A stretch of 64,000 nt of DNA, from the NCBI GenBank assembly GCA_964553245.1, contig CAZKJM010000001.1, positions 447,555 through 511,554 on the forward strand, given 5' to 3'. The notes under the pieces were generated by a model that was not told where the DNA came from, did not search any database, and saw only the letters and a program-made list of their open reading frames with translations. This document shows positions 9,875-18,049 of this stretch, one piece after another. Positions within the stretch are counted from its first letter, which is position 1, and each line of letters starts with the position of its first letter. The position numbers and the translations under genes were made by a program. The stretch is from an uncultured Gammaproteobacteria bacterium. GTDB taxonomy: Bacteria; Patescibacteriota; Microgenomatia; Levybacterales; UBA12049.

Positions 9875-12499
9875 ATGGAGAACTCAGAAACACCAAGGCC
9901 ACCTGAAGATAAGGGAATGGGTAAGAATGTGTTAGGCGGAGAAAATCCTGCTTCTTCAGAAGCTTCTGGAGTTAACGAAACAAGTGAACAAAGAGGAGAA
10001 GAGCTTCAAAGAAATCTTGCAAGGCTTGGTATAGGAAGCGAAGAGTTTGGAGATATTTCAGAAGAAGAGAGGTTGATGGCTCAAAGAGCACAACAAGAGT
10101 TTATAAGACAAGCAAGGGAGGGTCTTAGAGACAACATTTCCCCGCAGGAAAAACTAAAAAAAGAAGAAGAAAAAATCCTTAGCTTAGGATCAAGAGAAGA
10201 TCTTGATAAATTTTTAGTTTCAAAAGACAAGAATCTTTTGTTTTATCTTCTAGACGCAAAAAGATTAATAGAGAAAGGCGATTTTGCAATAGAAGACGAA
10301 AGAGCAAAGGAAAACTTTTTAAACGAATTAAATGAACTCATTGCGATGTCAAAAGGGGACAAATCAATAGTGGACGTCGATGATTATAAAAGAAGGGTTT
10401 CTGAAATTATTCATGGCAAAACTGATGCGGCTGGTAAAGAAAGCCTCGGCTTAATAGATTTATGTAAAAAACGCGAGCCCAGAGAAATGCACGGCGAAAT
10501 GCCTAAATGCCTTGAAGATCTTGCCGAATTAATCATGAGCTCGGAGGAAGATAAGTGGAGAAAAGACGGAGAAAGAGCGCTTATTAACGAAGAGGGAAGT
10601 GTAAATACGGAAAATTTATTAGCTTGGTTCAGGGACAGAATTATGTGGTTTCATGATTTTAATCCTGATTCGGAGATAAATTTGTTTAATCAAATCTCCG
10701 TGCCAACGCTGTACAGAACCTACTCATTTTCGGAAATGCTTGATAACAAAAGATATTTCTTAAAAAGAACAAAAAGGTTAGGAGAAGGAGAGTACGAACA
10801 TCATAGAAGCGAAGAATATGAAAAATTAAAAGACCATTTGCTTTACGAAGTTTGGTTGTTTAACACCTCGCATAATTATGACGTAAAATACCGCACTGTT
10901 ATGGGAATTGAATCTAAGGTTCCGGAGGTTTTAACAGAAATGTATTACACTAACGTTTTTACTAAGGATAGGAATAGACTTCTCAAGATTTTAAAGCTTC
11001 CTAAAATTGATCAGATAGAAGTAGGAAAGATTGTTAAGTCTAAAAATGGCGAGCAAGAAGGACAGGGAACAGTTGGAAGAGTCGTCAGAAGAGCTCTTCT
11101 TGCCTATTATTATCTTCCGGAGTTGGTTGCAGAAGATGATCAATTAGTAAATGGTGGGAATATGTTTGAAAAGTCACTCGGAGAAAATGGCTCGCTTGAA
11201 TTTTACGCTTCCCTTGTAAAACAGCTTGGTGGAGAAGTCCTAGACACAGGATCAATGGGTTTTAGAGACGCCAGAAATATTTTAAGAGAAAGAATAGCTG
11301 ATTTACTAGATAAAAAATATGGTCATAAATTTACCCAGCTAAATATTTTTGATGACGTAAATAAAGATAGAACGGTACTGCGTCTTATAAGAACTGCCTT
11401 AAGGGATGCGATTGCAAAGGTGGAAGGATTAGCAGATAAAAAAGGAAATCCGGACGAAAACGTTATCTATGGAGAGAACTGGGCAAATACAATGATTTAC
11501 TGGACAGGAATTTCTGCAAAAAACGATACTAATGCAATTGGTTTTGACGCGTGGACAAAAATAATGAGCGCAAAAGATTATAGAGTAAGACAAGCAGGAG
11601 CAAGAGGAATTTTTGGAGAAATGTACAATATTTATGGTTTAACAAGAATCGGATTAAATTTTTGGGAAGGAATTAAAGTAAGAAGAGAAGGAGACAGGGG
11701 TTTTAACTGCAATGTTTTGGAGGTTTTACAGGGTGGTCAAGGAAACGATATTAATCTTGATCGCGGAATAAGCGATTTTGATTTTCAGGATAATGCTCAA
11801 AGACAATTTGCGGCAAATCATATAAGAAATGCTTTTAGTTTTTTTGAATTTGTAATGAAAAAACACGGAATGAATTTTGACCAATTTTTATCTGTTGACG
11901 TATTCGGGAGAATAATTTTTGATCCAGGGAAAGCAGACGAAGTGTTTGATAAATTATGGAGCAAAGGACTTCGTTATACTTTTGATTTGCCGGATTTTTT
12001 TTGGGATCATGAGGTACGTGGTTGGTGGAGAGATAAAGATAAGGATGGTGAGGAGTGCGTATATTTTGGCTCAAAAAAACTAAGGGATTTAATGTTTAAC
12101 GAAGAACTAAATAATATGGGAATGTACGACAGAGAAAGATTTAAAGATCAAAAGAGTAAATTAGCAGCTCGCAATGTTTTTGCATACCTTATTGCTAAAG
12201 AATTATATGCGCATAGAGCATTTGATTCCAGATATAAAAGATACAGCGCAGAACAAATAATGGTAATAGAATCATATTTAAGAGGATACCCATTAGAAAT
12301 TGAAGAAACAGAAGGACACGAGGTTAAAATAAAAGATTACTTTTTCTCAAAAGAGGAATGGGAGCATGTTACAAAAATTTCTCATACACAATATAGTAAG
12401 ATGTTTATGGAAAATCTTGCGTTAACTGGAACCCAAGGAGCAATAGGCGGAGCCTTTTCAGGCATAAAACATTTTATTAAGGAACTAGTAAAATTCTAA
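9875..12499 (+). CDS. Large hypothetical protein (~875 aa), acidic and helical, no recognised domain
   Basis: Long ORF; start taken downstream of the promoter at 9824-9852. Confidence 0.8.
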   Translation: MENSETPRPPEDKGMGKNVLGGENPASSEASGVNETSEQRGEELQRNLARLGIGSEEFGDISEEERLMAQRAQQEFIRQAREGLRDNISPQEKLKKEEEKILSLGSREDLDKFLVSKDKNLLFYLLDAKRLIEKGDFAIEDERAKENFLNELNELIAMSKGDKSIVDVDDYKRRVSEIIHGKTDAAGKESLGLIDLCKKREPREMHGEMPKCLEDLAELIMSSEEDKWRKDGERALINEEGSVNTENLLAWFRDRIMWFHDFNPDSEINLFNQISVPTLYRTYSFSEMLDNKRYFLKRTKRLGEGEYEHHRSEEYEKLKDHLLYEVWLFNTSHNYDVKYRTVMGIESKVPEVLTEMYYTNVFTKDRNRLLKILKLPKIDQIEVGKIVKSKNGEQEGQGTVGRVVRRALLAYYYLPELVAEDDQLVNGGNMFEKSLGENGSLEFYASLVKQLGGEVLDTGSMGFRDARNILRERIADLLDKKYGHKFTQLNIFDDVNKDRTVLRLIRTALRDAIAKVEGLADKKGNPDENVIYGENWANTMIYWTGISAKNDTNAIGFDAWTKIMSAKDYRVRQAGARGIFGEMYNIYGLTRIGLNFWEGIKVRREGDRGFNCNVLEVLQGGQGNDINLDRGISDFDFQDNAQRQFAANHIRNAFSFFEFVMKKHGMNFDQFLSVDVFGRIIFDPGKADEVFDKLWSKGLRYTFDLPDFFWDHEVRGWWRDKDKDGEECVYFGSKKLRDLMFNEELNNMGMYDRERFKDQKSKLAARNVFAYLIAKELYAHRAFDSRYKRYSAEQIMVIESYLRGYPLEIEETEGHEVKIKDYFFSKEEWEHVTKISHTQYSKMFMENLALTGTQGAIGGAFSGIKHFIKELVKF

Positions 12500-14160
12500 G
12501 ATTGTTTCCCCCAAGCCTTTTCTCCCCCAAGCCATTGTTTAGTGCCATCGGCCAATCGTTGTGCGATCTTAGAATTTTTATGGTTATCGGCATATTTTTG
12601 CGTAAGTCTAATAGGTAAGCTCCTAATAGGACCCGCTCCTCTAGTATAATCAGCAGGTCTTGTCAGTTGTTTCCAGCCGTAACCAGTTGGTTTTCCCAGC
12701 GTTGATGTTCCAACATGGAAGGCTTGACCGATTGGAGCCATCTCAAACTTTGGAGCCTTAAGCATTTTCTCTACCATAGTTGCAACATTCGGAGTTAATA
12801 AAATTATCCCCAGTCCTACAACTGCAGCTAATTGATCTGCATTTCCAACGTTACCTACCAACGGTGGGGTAAAAAAAGTATTTGCGCCGGTTGATTGAAT
12901 TGCATCTATAAAAACTTTTCCGAGCAAAAGCATGGCTACTACAGTAGGAAAAACAATTAACTTAGAGCCTATGCTTCTTAACCAGGAACCAAAACCGCGT
13001 TCGCTTCCCATAAACGGAATTATTCCTATAACAATAAATAAAGGGGACAGTACTATGTCTATGAGTATCCCAACATAAGTGAGCAAAAGCTTAAACCATA
13101 ACCTAAACATAGCAAAAGTTATAGCAACGGCAATAATTAAGAATGCAATTAGTTGACCAAGTCCTGCTAAAACCTTTTCTGCAAATCCAGCAGCAGTTAC
13201 AGCCCCTGCAATTCCACCGATAATACTACCGATAATTGGTATAGCAGATCCAGCAGCTACTCCTGCAGCAACAGACCCAGCCATCATAAGCATACCAAGT
13301 ATTCCTTGAAGTATTTTACCTGGACCAGTTTCGAGCATTGATTGTATAAATGTTCCTATGGCACCCGCAGCTTGCCATGACATACTAACGAAGTTTACAT
13401 TTTTATCGAAATAAATTGGAGCTTGATAATTTACTTGGTTTGCTATTTCAAGTTTAATTTGGGGATCAGCATTTGCAAACAAGTTTATTATTAAATATGT
13501 CGCAACCCACATTAAGTCTATTAGGAATCCGGCAATTGCAAACGAAAAAGTTACTAAAATGATTCCGATAATCATTTTAGGAATTTGATTTTGAATAGTC
13601 ATTACGGTACGCGGATCAATTTTTACACGTAACATTATTGCAAGTCCAACAAGAATAAAAACAAGCACAAAAACTATATAAATCATATTTCTAAAAGCAG
13701 CCCACGCGTTCATTAGTGGATTTAATTGTTGAAAACCGGTTGTTTGTGCAAGCGCTGGTTTTGCAATCCCAAAATTCTGAGCTAGATAATTTACATATTC
13801 AAAACTATGCGCAGGAATATTAAAAGTCATTGTAATCAAATTGTTTAAAACACCGATTACTCCTCCTCCGCCAATTTGTCCGGGTTCTGCAGCGGGTACG
13901 AATCCGATTTTTCCGGTTTTTGGATCTACGCCCAAGCATTGATGATTTTGACTGATTGGGTCATATCCGGTTAACTGACAAGCAACAGTTGCCATTAATT
14001 CTATAAACACATTTTGAGTATAGGTGTGCAGGTTTTGGGGAACATCGGGATTATTTACGGGAGCGGTGTAGCTATTCTGAGCAAAGGAAGATTTACTTAA
14101 GTTAAATAAGAAAATCAGTACAAGAAAAAAAACGGTTATTAACCGGGCAGCGAATCTCAT
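12496..14160 (-). CDS. VirB6/TrbL-like polytopic membrane protein
   Basis: Signal peptide, WAAFRNMIY..GLAIMLR..TIQNQIPK..LVTFSFAIAGFLIDL, many TM helices; lies beside the pilin/VirB4 locus. Confidence 0.65.
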   Translation of the reverse strand: MRFAARLITVFFLVLIFLFNLSKSSFAQNSYTAPVNNPDVPQNLHTYTQNVFIELMATVACQLTGYDPISQNHQCLGVDPKTGKIGFVPAAEPGQIGGGGVIGVLNNLITMTFNIPAHSFEYVNYLAQNFGIAKPALAQTTGFQQLNPLMNAWAAFRNMIYIVFVLVFILVGLAIMLRVKIDPRTVMTIQNQIPKMIIGIILVTFSFAIAGFLIDLMWVATYLIINLFANADPQIKLEIANQVNYQAPIYFDKNVNFVSMSWQAAGAIGTFIQSMLETGPGKILQGILGMLMMAGSVAAGVAAGSAIPIIGSIIGGIAGAVTAAGFAEKVLAGLGQLIAFLIIAVAITFAMFRLWFKLLLTYVGILIDIVLSPLFIVIGIIPFMGSERGFGSWLRSIGSKLIVFPTVVAMLLLGKVFIDAIQSTGANTFFTPPLVGNVGNADQLAAVVGLGIILLTPNVATMVEKMLKAPKFEMAPIGQAFHVGTSTLGKPTGYGWKQLTRPADYTRGAGPIRSLPIRLTQKYADNHKNSKIAQRLADGTKQWLGGEKAWGKQS

Positions 14161-14228
14161 TAATATTAGTTTGAAGTATTTTAATTGGTGTGTCAAGATT
14201 TATGCTTCTTTGGTATAATCTTGTAACT

Positions 14229-14315
14229 GGAGGGATCGCATAGAGGCCTAGTGCGTTCGCTTGGAGAGCGGATGTCGTCGTGAGATGACCGGGAGTTCGA
14301 ATCTCCCTCCCTCCG
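14229..14315 (+). tRNA. tRNA-Ser(GGA)
   Basis: Cloverleaf with long variable arm; anticodon loop TT-GGA-GA; GTTCGAATC. Confidence 0.95.
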
Positions 14316-14370
14316 CCTTCACCCGCCGAAGCCAGAATGGCGAAGGCGGGCTTCGATCGGGTTTCAGCGG
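14313..14370 (+). repeat. Structured palindromic element at the tRNA 3' end, containing a nested inverted copy
   Basis: CCGCC-TTC-ACCCG...CGGGT-TTC-AGCGG enclosing CCCGCC-GAA-GCC-AGAAT-GGC-GAA-GGCGGG. Confidence 0.6.
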
Positions 14371-14385
14371 ACACAGTCCGCCATA

Positions 14386-14413
14386 ATGAGTTATGAGTTA
14401 TGAGTTATGAGTT
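14386..14413. repeat. Heptamer tandem repeat (ATGAGTT)x4
   Basis: Four perfect copies spanning the NUDIX stop codon. Confidence 0.9.
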
Positions 14414-14819
14414 GTTTTGCTTCCTCCCAAACCTTTTTATCTGATTTGTAAGTTAATTTTTTTTCCACTTTTTCCACAGAAAGCCATTCAACGCTTTCCA
14501 TTTCTTTATCTTTTAAGCTTAAATCCTCAGTTAAATATTCCATTAAAAAATAATAAACGGTTTTCTTGATTTTTTGTTTTTCAAAAACATACCAATACTC
14601 AACCGGATTTAATGATTTTAGAATTTTGGCGTTAATACCTGTTTCTTCCAAAACTTCTCTTATTGCTGTGTCTTCTTTTTTTTCTTTTTCAATCTTATCT
14701 CCGATTAATCCCTTTGGAAAAACCCAGCCGTGATGTTGTGAATGCTGGCACACTAGAATTAAAAGTTTATTTTTTTCTTTTTTAAAGACTATGCCACCGG
14801 CAGAAAATTCAAATTTCAT
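14391..14819 (-). CDS. NUDIX hydrolase
   Basis: SAGGIV, WVFPKG, AIREVLEETG Nudix box. Confidence 0.9.
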   Translation of the reverse strand: MKFEFSAGGIVFKKEKNKLLILVCQHSQHHGWVFPKGLIGDKIEKEKKEDTAIREVLEETGINAKILKSLNPVEYWYVFEKQKIKKTVYYFLMEYLTEDLSLKDKEMESVEWLSVEKVEKKLTYKSDKKVWEEAKQLITHNS

Positions 14820-15058
14820 AATGGAAATAAATGTTTTTTTAAGAAAGCCCTTCCAGAACCAGATTTAAGGTATTTCTCAAAATTAAAAGCGGTATATTTA
14901 TCTATGAACGCAAAATAAGAGATCAGTCTTATTGGACGTAGTAATTTAGTTGCAGGTACATGTCCTTTTTTATGCCTTTCTATTCTTTCTTCCAAATTGC
15001 TTGTACAACCCGTATATGGTTTGCCGTTTTTACATTTTAAAAAATATACAAAAAACAT
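14816..15058 (-). CDS. Small stand-alone GIY-YIG nuclease (80 aa)
   Basis: MFFVYFL..PYTGCTSNLEERIERH..FEKYLKSGSGRAF. True start is ATG 15058; the longer ORF call reads through tRNAs. Confidence 0.88.
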   Translation of the reverse strand: MFFVYFLKCKNGKPYTGCTSNLEERIERHKKGHVPATKLLRPIRLISYFAFIDKYTAFNFEKYLKSGSGRAFLKKHLFPL

Positions 15059-15097
15059 ACTAATTTCTCCTTCGCGAACTACTAAGCGGATGTTATC

Positions 15098-15128
15098 CGC
15101 CGTAGCTCGCTTCGGCGAGCGATGGCGG
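15098..15128 (-). repeat. Structured palindromic element at the tRNA-Ser(CGA) 3' end
   Basis: CCGCC-ATC-GCTCGC-CGAA-GCGAGC-TAC-GGCGG (minus strand). Confidence 0.75.
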
Positions 15129-15212
15129 AGGAGAGAGGATTCGAACCTCTGTGAGCCGTAAAGCCCGCTCGGTTTTCGAGACCGGCCAAATAAACCACTC
15201 TTGCACTCCTCC
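15123..15212 (-). tRNA. tRNA-Ser(CGA)
   Basis: Cloverleaf, CT-CGA-AA loop, long variable arm, encoded CCA. Confidence 0.95.
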
Positions 15213-15217
15213 ATAAG

Positions 15218-15290
15218 CGCTCTTGGGGAGAATCGAACTCCCAGCCTAAGCGTCCGCAACGCTTCGCTCTATCCGTTGAGCTACAAGAGC
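15218..15290 (-). tRNA. tRNA-Arg(GCG)
   Basis: GCTCTTG/CAAGAGC acceptor stem; AAGCG-TT-GCG-GA-CGCTT anticodon arm. Confidence 0.9.
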
Positions 15291-15297
15291 CCGTTAC

Positions 15298-15349
15298 CGC
15301 TTCGCTCTATCCGTTGACCCCGATTAAATCGGGGTTGAACTACAGGCAC
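15298..15349 (-). pseudogene. 5' half of a tRNA-Arg-like gene interrupted by a 17-bp hairpin
   Basis: GTGCCTGTAGTTCAA[CCCCGATTTAATCGGGG TCAA]CGGATAGAGCGAAGCG; 20 nt are identical to the adjacent tRNA-Arg. Confidence 0.75.
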
Positions 15350-15424
15350 AGATTAGCAAGTAGTATATAGCAAATAATAAATAGCTACACTGTGATTTTA
15401 CTTTAAAGTTGAATTTGAAGCAAA

Positions 15425-15997
15425 TTAATGGGAATTTTCCAAGGGAAAATTTTTAGAAAGCCAGTCGCCTGATTTTTCCATAAAAGTCGGCTTTATATAT
15501 TCCCTAAACGGGAGATAAGGCAAAAGTACTCTTTTTATGTGTTCTCTGTCAATGTTTCTTAATGTTAAGGTTAATTCCCCGGGGATAAATGCTTTTGTTC
15601 GTATGTGCAATACGTCTACGCCGTTTATCTTTTTAAAATAAAAATCATATAATTCTTGCCATAGGAAAAAATGATCCTCAACTTTTATTCCCTCAGTGCT
15701 TATTCTATAATGGAAATCCTGGGGGGGAACACTTGATAGCGCAAAGCTTACAAAGACCAAAGACAAAATTACCAGCATTAGTAAATATTGAGAAAAAAGA
15801 AAAAGAATAATCTCTACAAAAAACATAATCAAAAGCGCAGTTAAATAATATTGTTTTGTTCTTTTTTTAAATGGTCTGCCGGGAGAACTCCATGATAAAA
15901 GAGTTTTTACTTCCGTGGGGGGATAATTAAAGCTTGAATAAGGATGTTGTTCTTTAATTTCATTTGATTTAGGATTTTCCTTTATTTGTTTTTCCAT
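15425..15997 (-). CDS. Conserved CPR membrane protein (two TM helices plus PH-like region, DUF5673-like)
   Basis: LLSWSSPGRPFKKR, TM pair, ISTEGIKV..W.EL..F. Confidence 0.7.
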   Translation of the reverse strand: MEKQIKENPKSNEIKEQHPYSSFNYPPTEVKTLLSWSSPGRPFKKRTKQYYLTALLIMFFVEIILFLFSQYLLMLVILSLVFVSFALSSVPPQDFHYRISTEGIKVEDHFFLWQELYDFYFKKINGVDVLHIRTKAFIPGELTLTLRNIDREHIKRVLLPYLPFREYIKPTFMEKSGDWLSKNFPLENSH

Positions 15998-16062
15998 AGA
16001 GCAGTATATTTTTAATCTACCCTAATCAGAAGTATTAGTCAATAAATATTGATTTTCAATTT

Positions 16063-16152
16063 TGGCGGAGAGGGTGGGATTCGAACCCACGTTCACCAAT
16101 TGGCGAAAGCGGTTTTCAAGACCGCCGCACTAGGCCTCTATGCGACCTCTCC
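16063..16152 (-). tRNA. tRNA-Ser(TGA)
   Basis: CT-TGA-AA loop, long variable arm, encoded CCA. Confidence 0.95.
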
Positions 16153-16157
16153 TAGGG

Positions 16158-16246
16158 CGGAGGAGGTGAGATTCGAACTCACGCGAGCTTATTCAGCTCA
16201 GGGGGTTAGCAACCCCCCGCAATGGACCGTGCTATGCGACTCCTCC
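16158..16246 (-). tRNA. tRNA-Ser(GCT)
   Basis: GGGGG-TT-GCT-AA-CCCCC anticodon arm, long variable arm. Confidence 0.95.
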
Positions 16247-16324
16247 TTTTTAGCAATTAGCCAATAGTATATAGCAAATGGTTAATATAGCTTTGGATAT
16301 TATAACATTTGGAAGCTTAACTTA

Positions 16325-16888
16325 CTATTCAGTTTTGTAAAAATAGACCTTTGCCGGGGTGTGTTCAAAAGAACACATTTCATCATTTGTTAAATGTTCA
16401 AAATATTTCCTCATTGGTCTAAGCGAATTACCGTGAGCAGAAATAAAAATTACATCATTCTTTTTCCAAGTCGGAATCTCTTCATTTAAAAATGACAATA
16501 CTCTTTTTTCAACGTCCTTTATGCATTCGCCTTCAGGCGGGGCAATATCGTAGGACCTATGCCATAAAGCATAGTTTCTTGGATCAGAATTAGAAATATC
16601 GTCTTTATTAAGCCCTGTTAGATTTCCGTAGTCTCTTTCTTTAATTCTAGGATCTTCTAAGATTTCTACATTTTTATGATAATTACTTAAAACTAGTTCT
16701 AGCGTATGTTTTGAGCGGATTTGGTCAGAAGTATAAGCTTTATTTACAGAGATGTCTTTTAATTCATCTCCTATTTTTTTTGCCTCTTCTTCTCCTTCTA
16801 AGGTTAAGTCAACGTCTCTAAAGCCCGAAAAAATATGGTTTTTATTATCTGTTGTTTGTCCATGACGAAAAATGTAAATCTTAGCCAT
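16325..16888 (-). CDS. gpmA: Histidine phosphatase family, 2,3-BPG-dependent phosphoglycerate mutase
   Basis: RHGQT, ERDYGNLTGLNK, W.RSYD..PP.GE, AHGNSLR. Confidence 0.8.
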   Translation of the reverse strand: MAKIYIFRHGQTTDNKNHIFSGFRDVDLTLEGEEEAKKIGDELKDISVNKAYTSDQIRSKHTLELVLSNYHKNVEILEDPRIKERDYGNLTGLNKDDISNSDPRNYALWHRSYDIAPPEGECIKDVEKRVLSFLNEEIPTWKKNDVIFISAHGNSLRPMRKYFEHLTNDEMCSFEHTPAKVYFYKTE

Positions 16889-16894
16889 AAATAA

Positions 16895-16929
16895 AGTATA
16901 TCGTATTTAGTATATAGTATCTAGTATAT
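16895..16929. repeat. Degenerate heptamer tandem (AGTATAT)x5 filling a divergent promoter gap
   Basis: AGTATAT CGTATTT AGTATAT AGTATCT AGTATAT. Confidence 0.75.
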
Positions 16930-17620
16930 GGCAATTTTGGATTTTTTGTTTCCAAAGAAATGCGTTTTATGTAAAAAAATCGGTAGTTTTCTTTGCCCGG
17001 ATTGCTTTTCCCATCTTTCTTTTGACGTAAAAAGTTTATGCTTAGTTTGTAATAAGCCATCTTTTAATGGGATAACTCACCCGAGTTGTAAGTCTAAATA
17101 TTCAATTGATGGCTGTTTTTCTGCACTTTCTTATAACAAAACTGCAAAAAAACTAATTTATAATTTTAAATATAAACCATACCTAACGGAATTAAAACAG
17201 GTTTTAGGAGATTTATTTTATGAAAGTCTTATTCAAAACGAGGAATTGATGCGACAAATAGGGAATAGCGTATGGTATATGGTTCCGATACCTTTGTCAA
17301 AATTAAAGCTAAGAAAGCGCGGATATAACCAATCGGAAATTTTAGCGAAGGAATTGGCAAAAAAGCTTAATTTTCCGATACATAATTTACTAAACAGAAT
17401 CCGCGATACTAAAACCCAAGTCGGATTAAAAGTGGAGGAAAGAAGACTTAATATTAAAAACGCTTTTCAAGTTAGTAGTCAGGAGTTAGTAGTTAGCAGT
17501 GAGAATGTTTTTCTTGTTGATGATTTAGTAACAACCGGATCAACTCTTTTGGAAGCTGCAAAAGTTCTTAGAAAAGCAGGCGTGAAAAAAGTTATTGGTT
17601 TGACTTTAGCGAGGGATTAA
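16928..17620 (+). CDS. comF: ComF family competence protein (double zinc ribbon plus PRTase)
   Basis: CVLC..CPDC, RGYNQSE, LVDDLVTTGST. Confidence 0.92.
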   Translation: MAILDFLFPKKCVLCKKIGSFLCPDCFSHLSFDVKSLCLVCNKPSFNGITHPSCKSKYSIDGCFSALSYNKTAKKLIYNFKYKPYLTELKQVLGDLFYESLIQNEELMRQIGNSVWYMVPIPLSKLKLRKRGYNQSEILAKELAKKLNFPIHNLLNRIRDTKTQVGLKVEERRLNIKNAFQVSSQELVVSSENVFLVDDLVTTGSTLLEAAKVLRKAGVKKVIGLTLARD

Positions 17621-17645
17621 AAAACCTATGAAATTGAACAGAAGA

Positions 17646-17882
17646 TTAAATTAATCGTTTGTTTCGAAAAGCAAAACCAGAATTAGTTTTAAGATATTTT
17701 TCAAAGTCAAGCGCCTTTTCCTTCGAAGAAAAGGATGCGTAAAATACGAGCTTAAATGGTCTAAGATTTTTTGTTGACGATACCATTCCATTTTGATGGT
17801 TTTTTAAGCGCGCTTTTAAATTAGATGTTGAGCCATGGTAAAAAGATTTATCTTTTAATTGGATAATGTAAGCAAAATACAC
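17646..17882 (-). CDS. Small stand-alone GIY-YIG nuclease (78 aa)
   Basis: YFAYII..FYHGSTSNLKARLKNH..FEKYLKTNSG. Probable GTG start at 17882. Confidence 0.85.
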   Translation of the reverse strand: MYFAYIIQLKDKSFYHGSTSNLKARLKNHQNGMVSSTKNLRPFKLVFYASFSSKEKALDFEKYLKTNSGFAFRNKRLI

Positions 17883-17903
17883 AAATTCAGAATACCAAAA
17901 AAT

Positions 17904-17964
17904 GCCCCACTTCGCCAACTAATTTGTTTAAACTCCGTGATTTAAAGAGGCTTCGTTTGGGGCA
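17904..17964 (+). repeat. Structured palindromic element upstream of the GIY-YIG gene
   Basis: GCCCCAC-TTC-GCC...GGC-TTC-GTTTGGGGC. Confidence 0.55.
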
Positions 17965-18011
17965 CTCTTCTCAAACCATGTCATGCACTTATTTTTTAGA
18001 AGTGTGGTTTA

Positions 18012-18049
18012 CCACTTCGTAGCTCCGATAAGATCGGAGTGAAGAGTGG
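18012..18049 (-). repeat. Structured palindromic element at the tmRNA 3' end
   Basis: CCACTC-TTC-ACTCCGAT-CTT-ATCGGAGC-TAC-GAAGTGG (minus strand). Confidence 0.7.

Noticed and set aside
14102-14374. 90-aa minus-strand ORF
   Set aside because: It is antisense to tRNA-Ser(GGA) and its hairpin
15059-15259. N-terminal extension of the GIY-YIG ORF
   Set aside because: It is translated tRNA sequence; the real start is ATG 15058
16049-16267. 72-aa + strand ORF
   Set aside because: It is antisense to two tRNA-Ser genes
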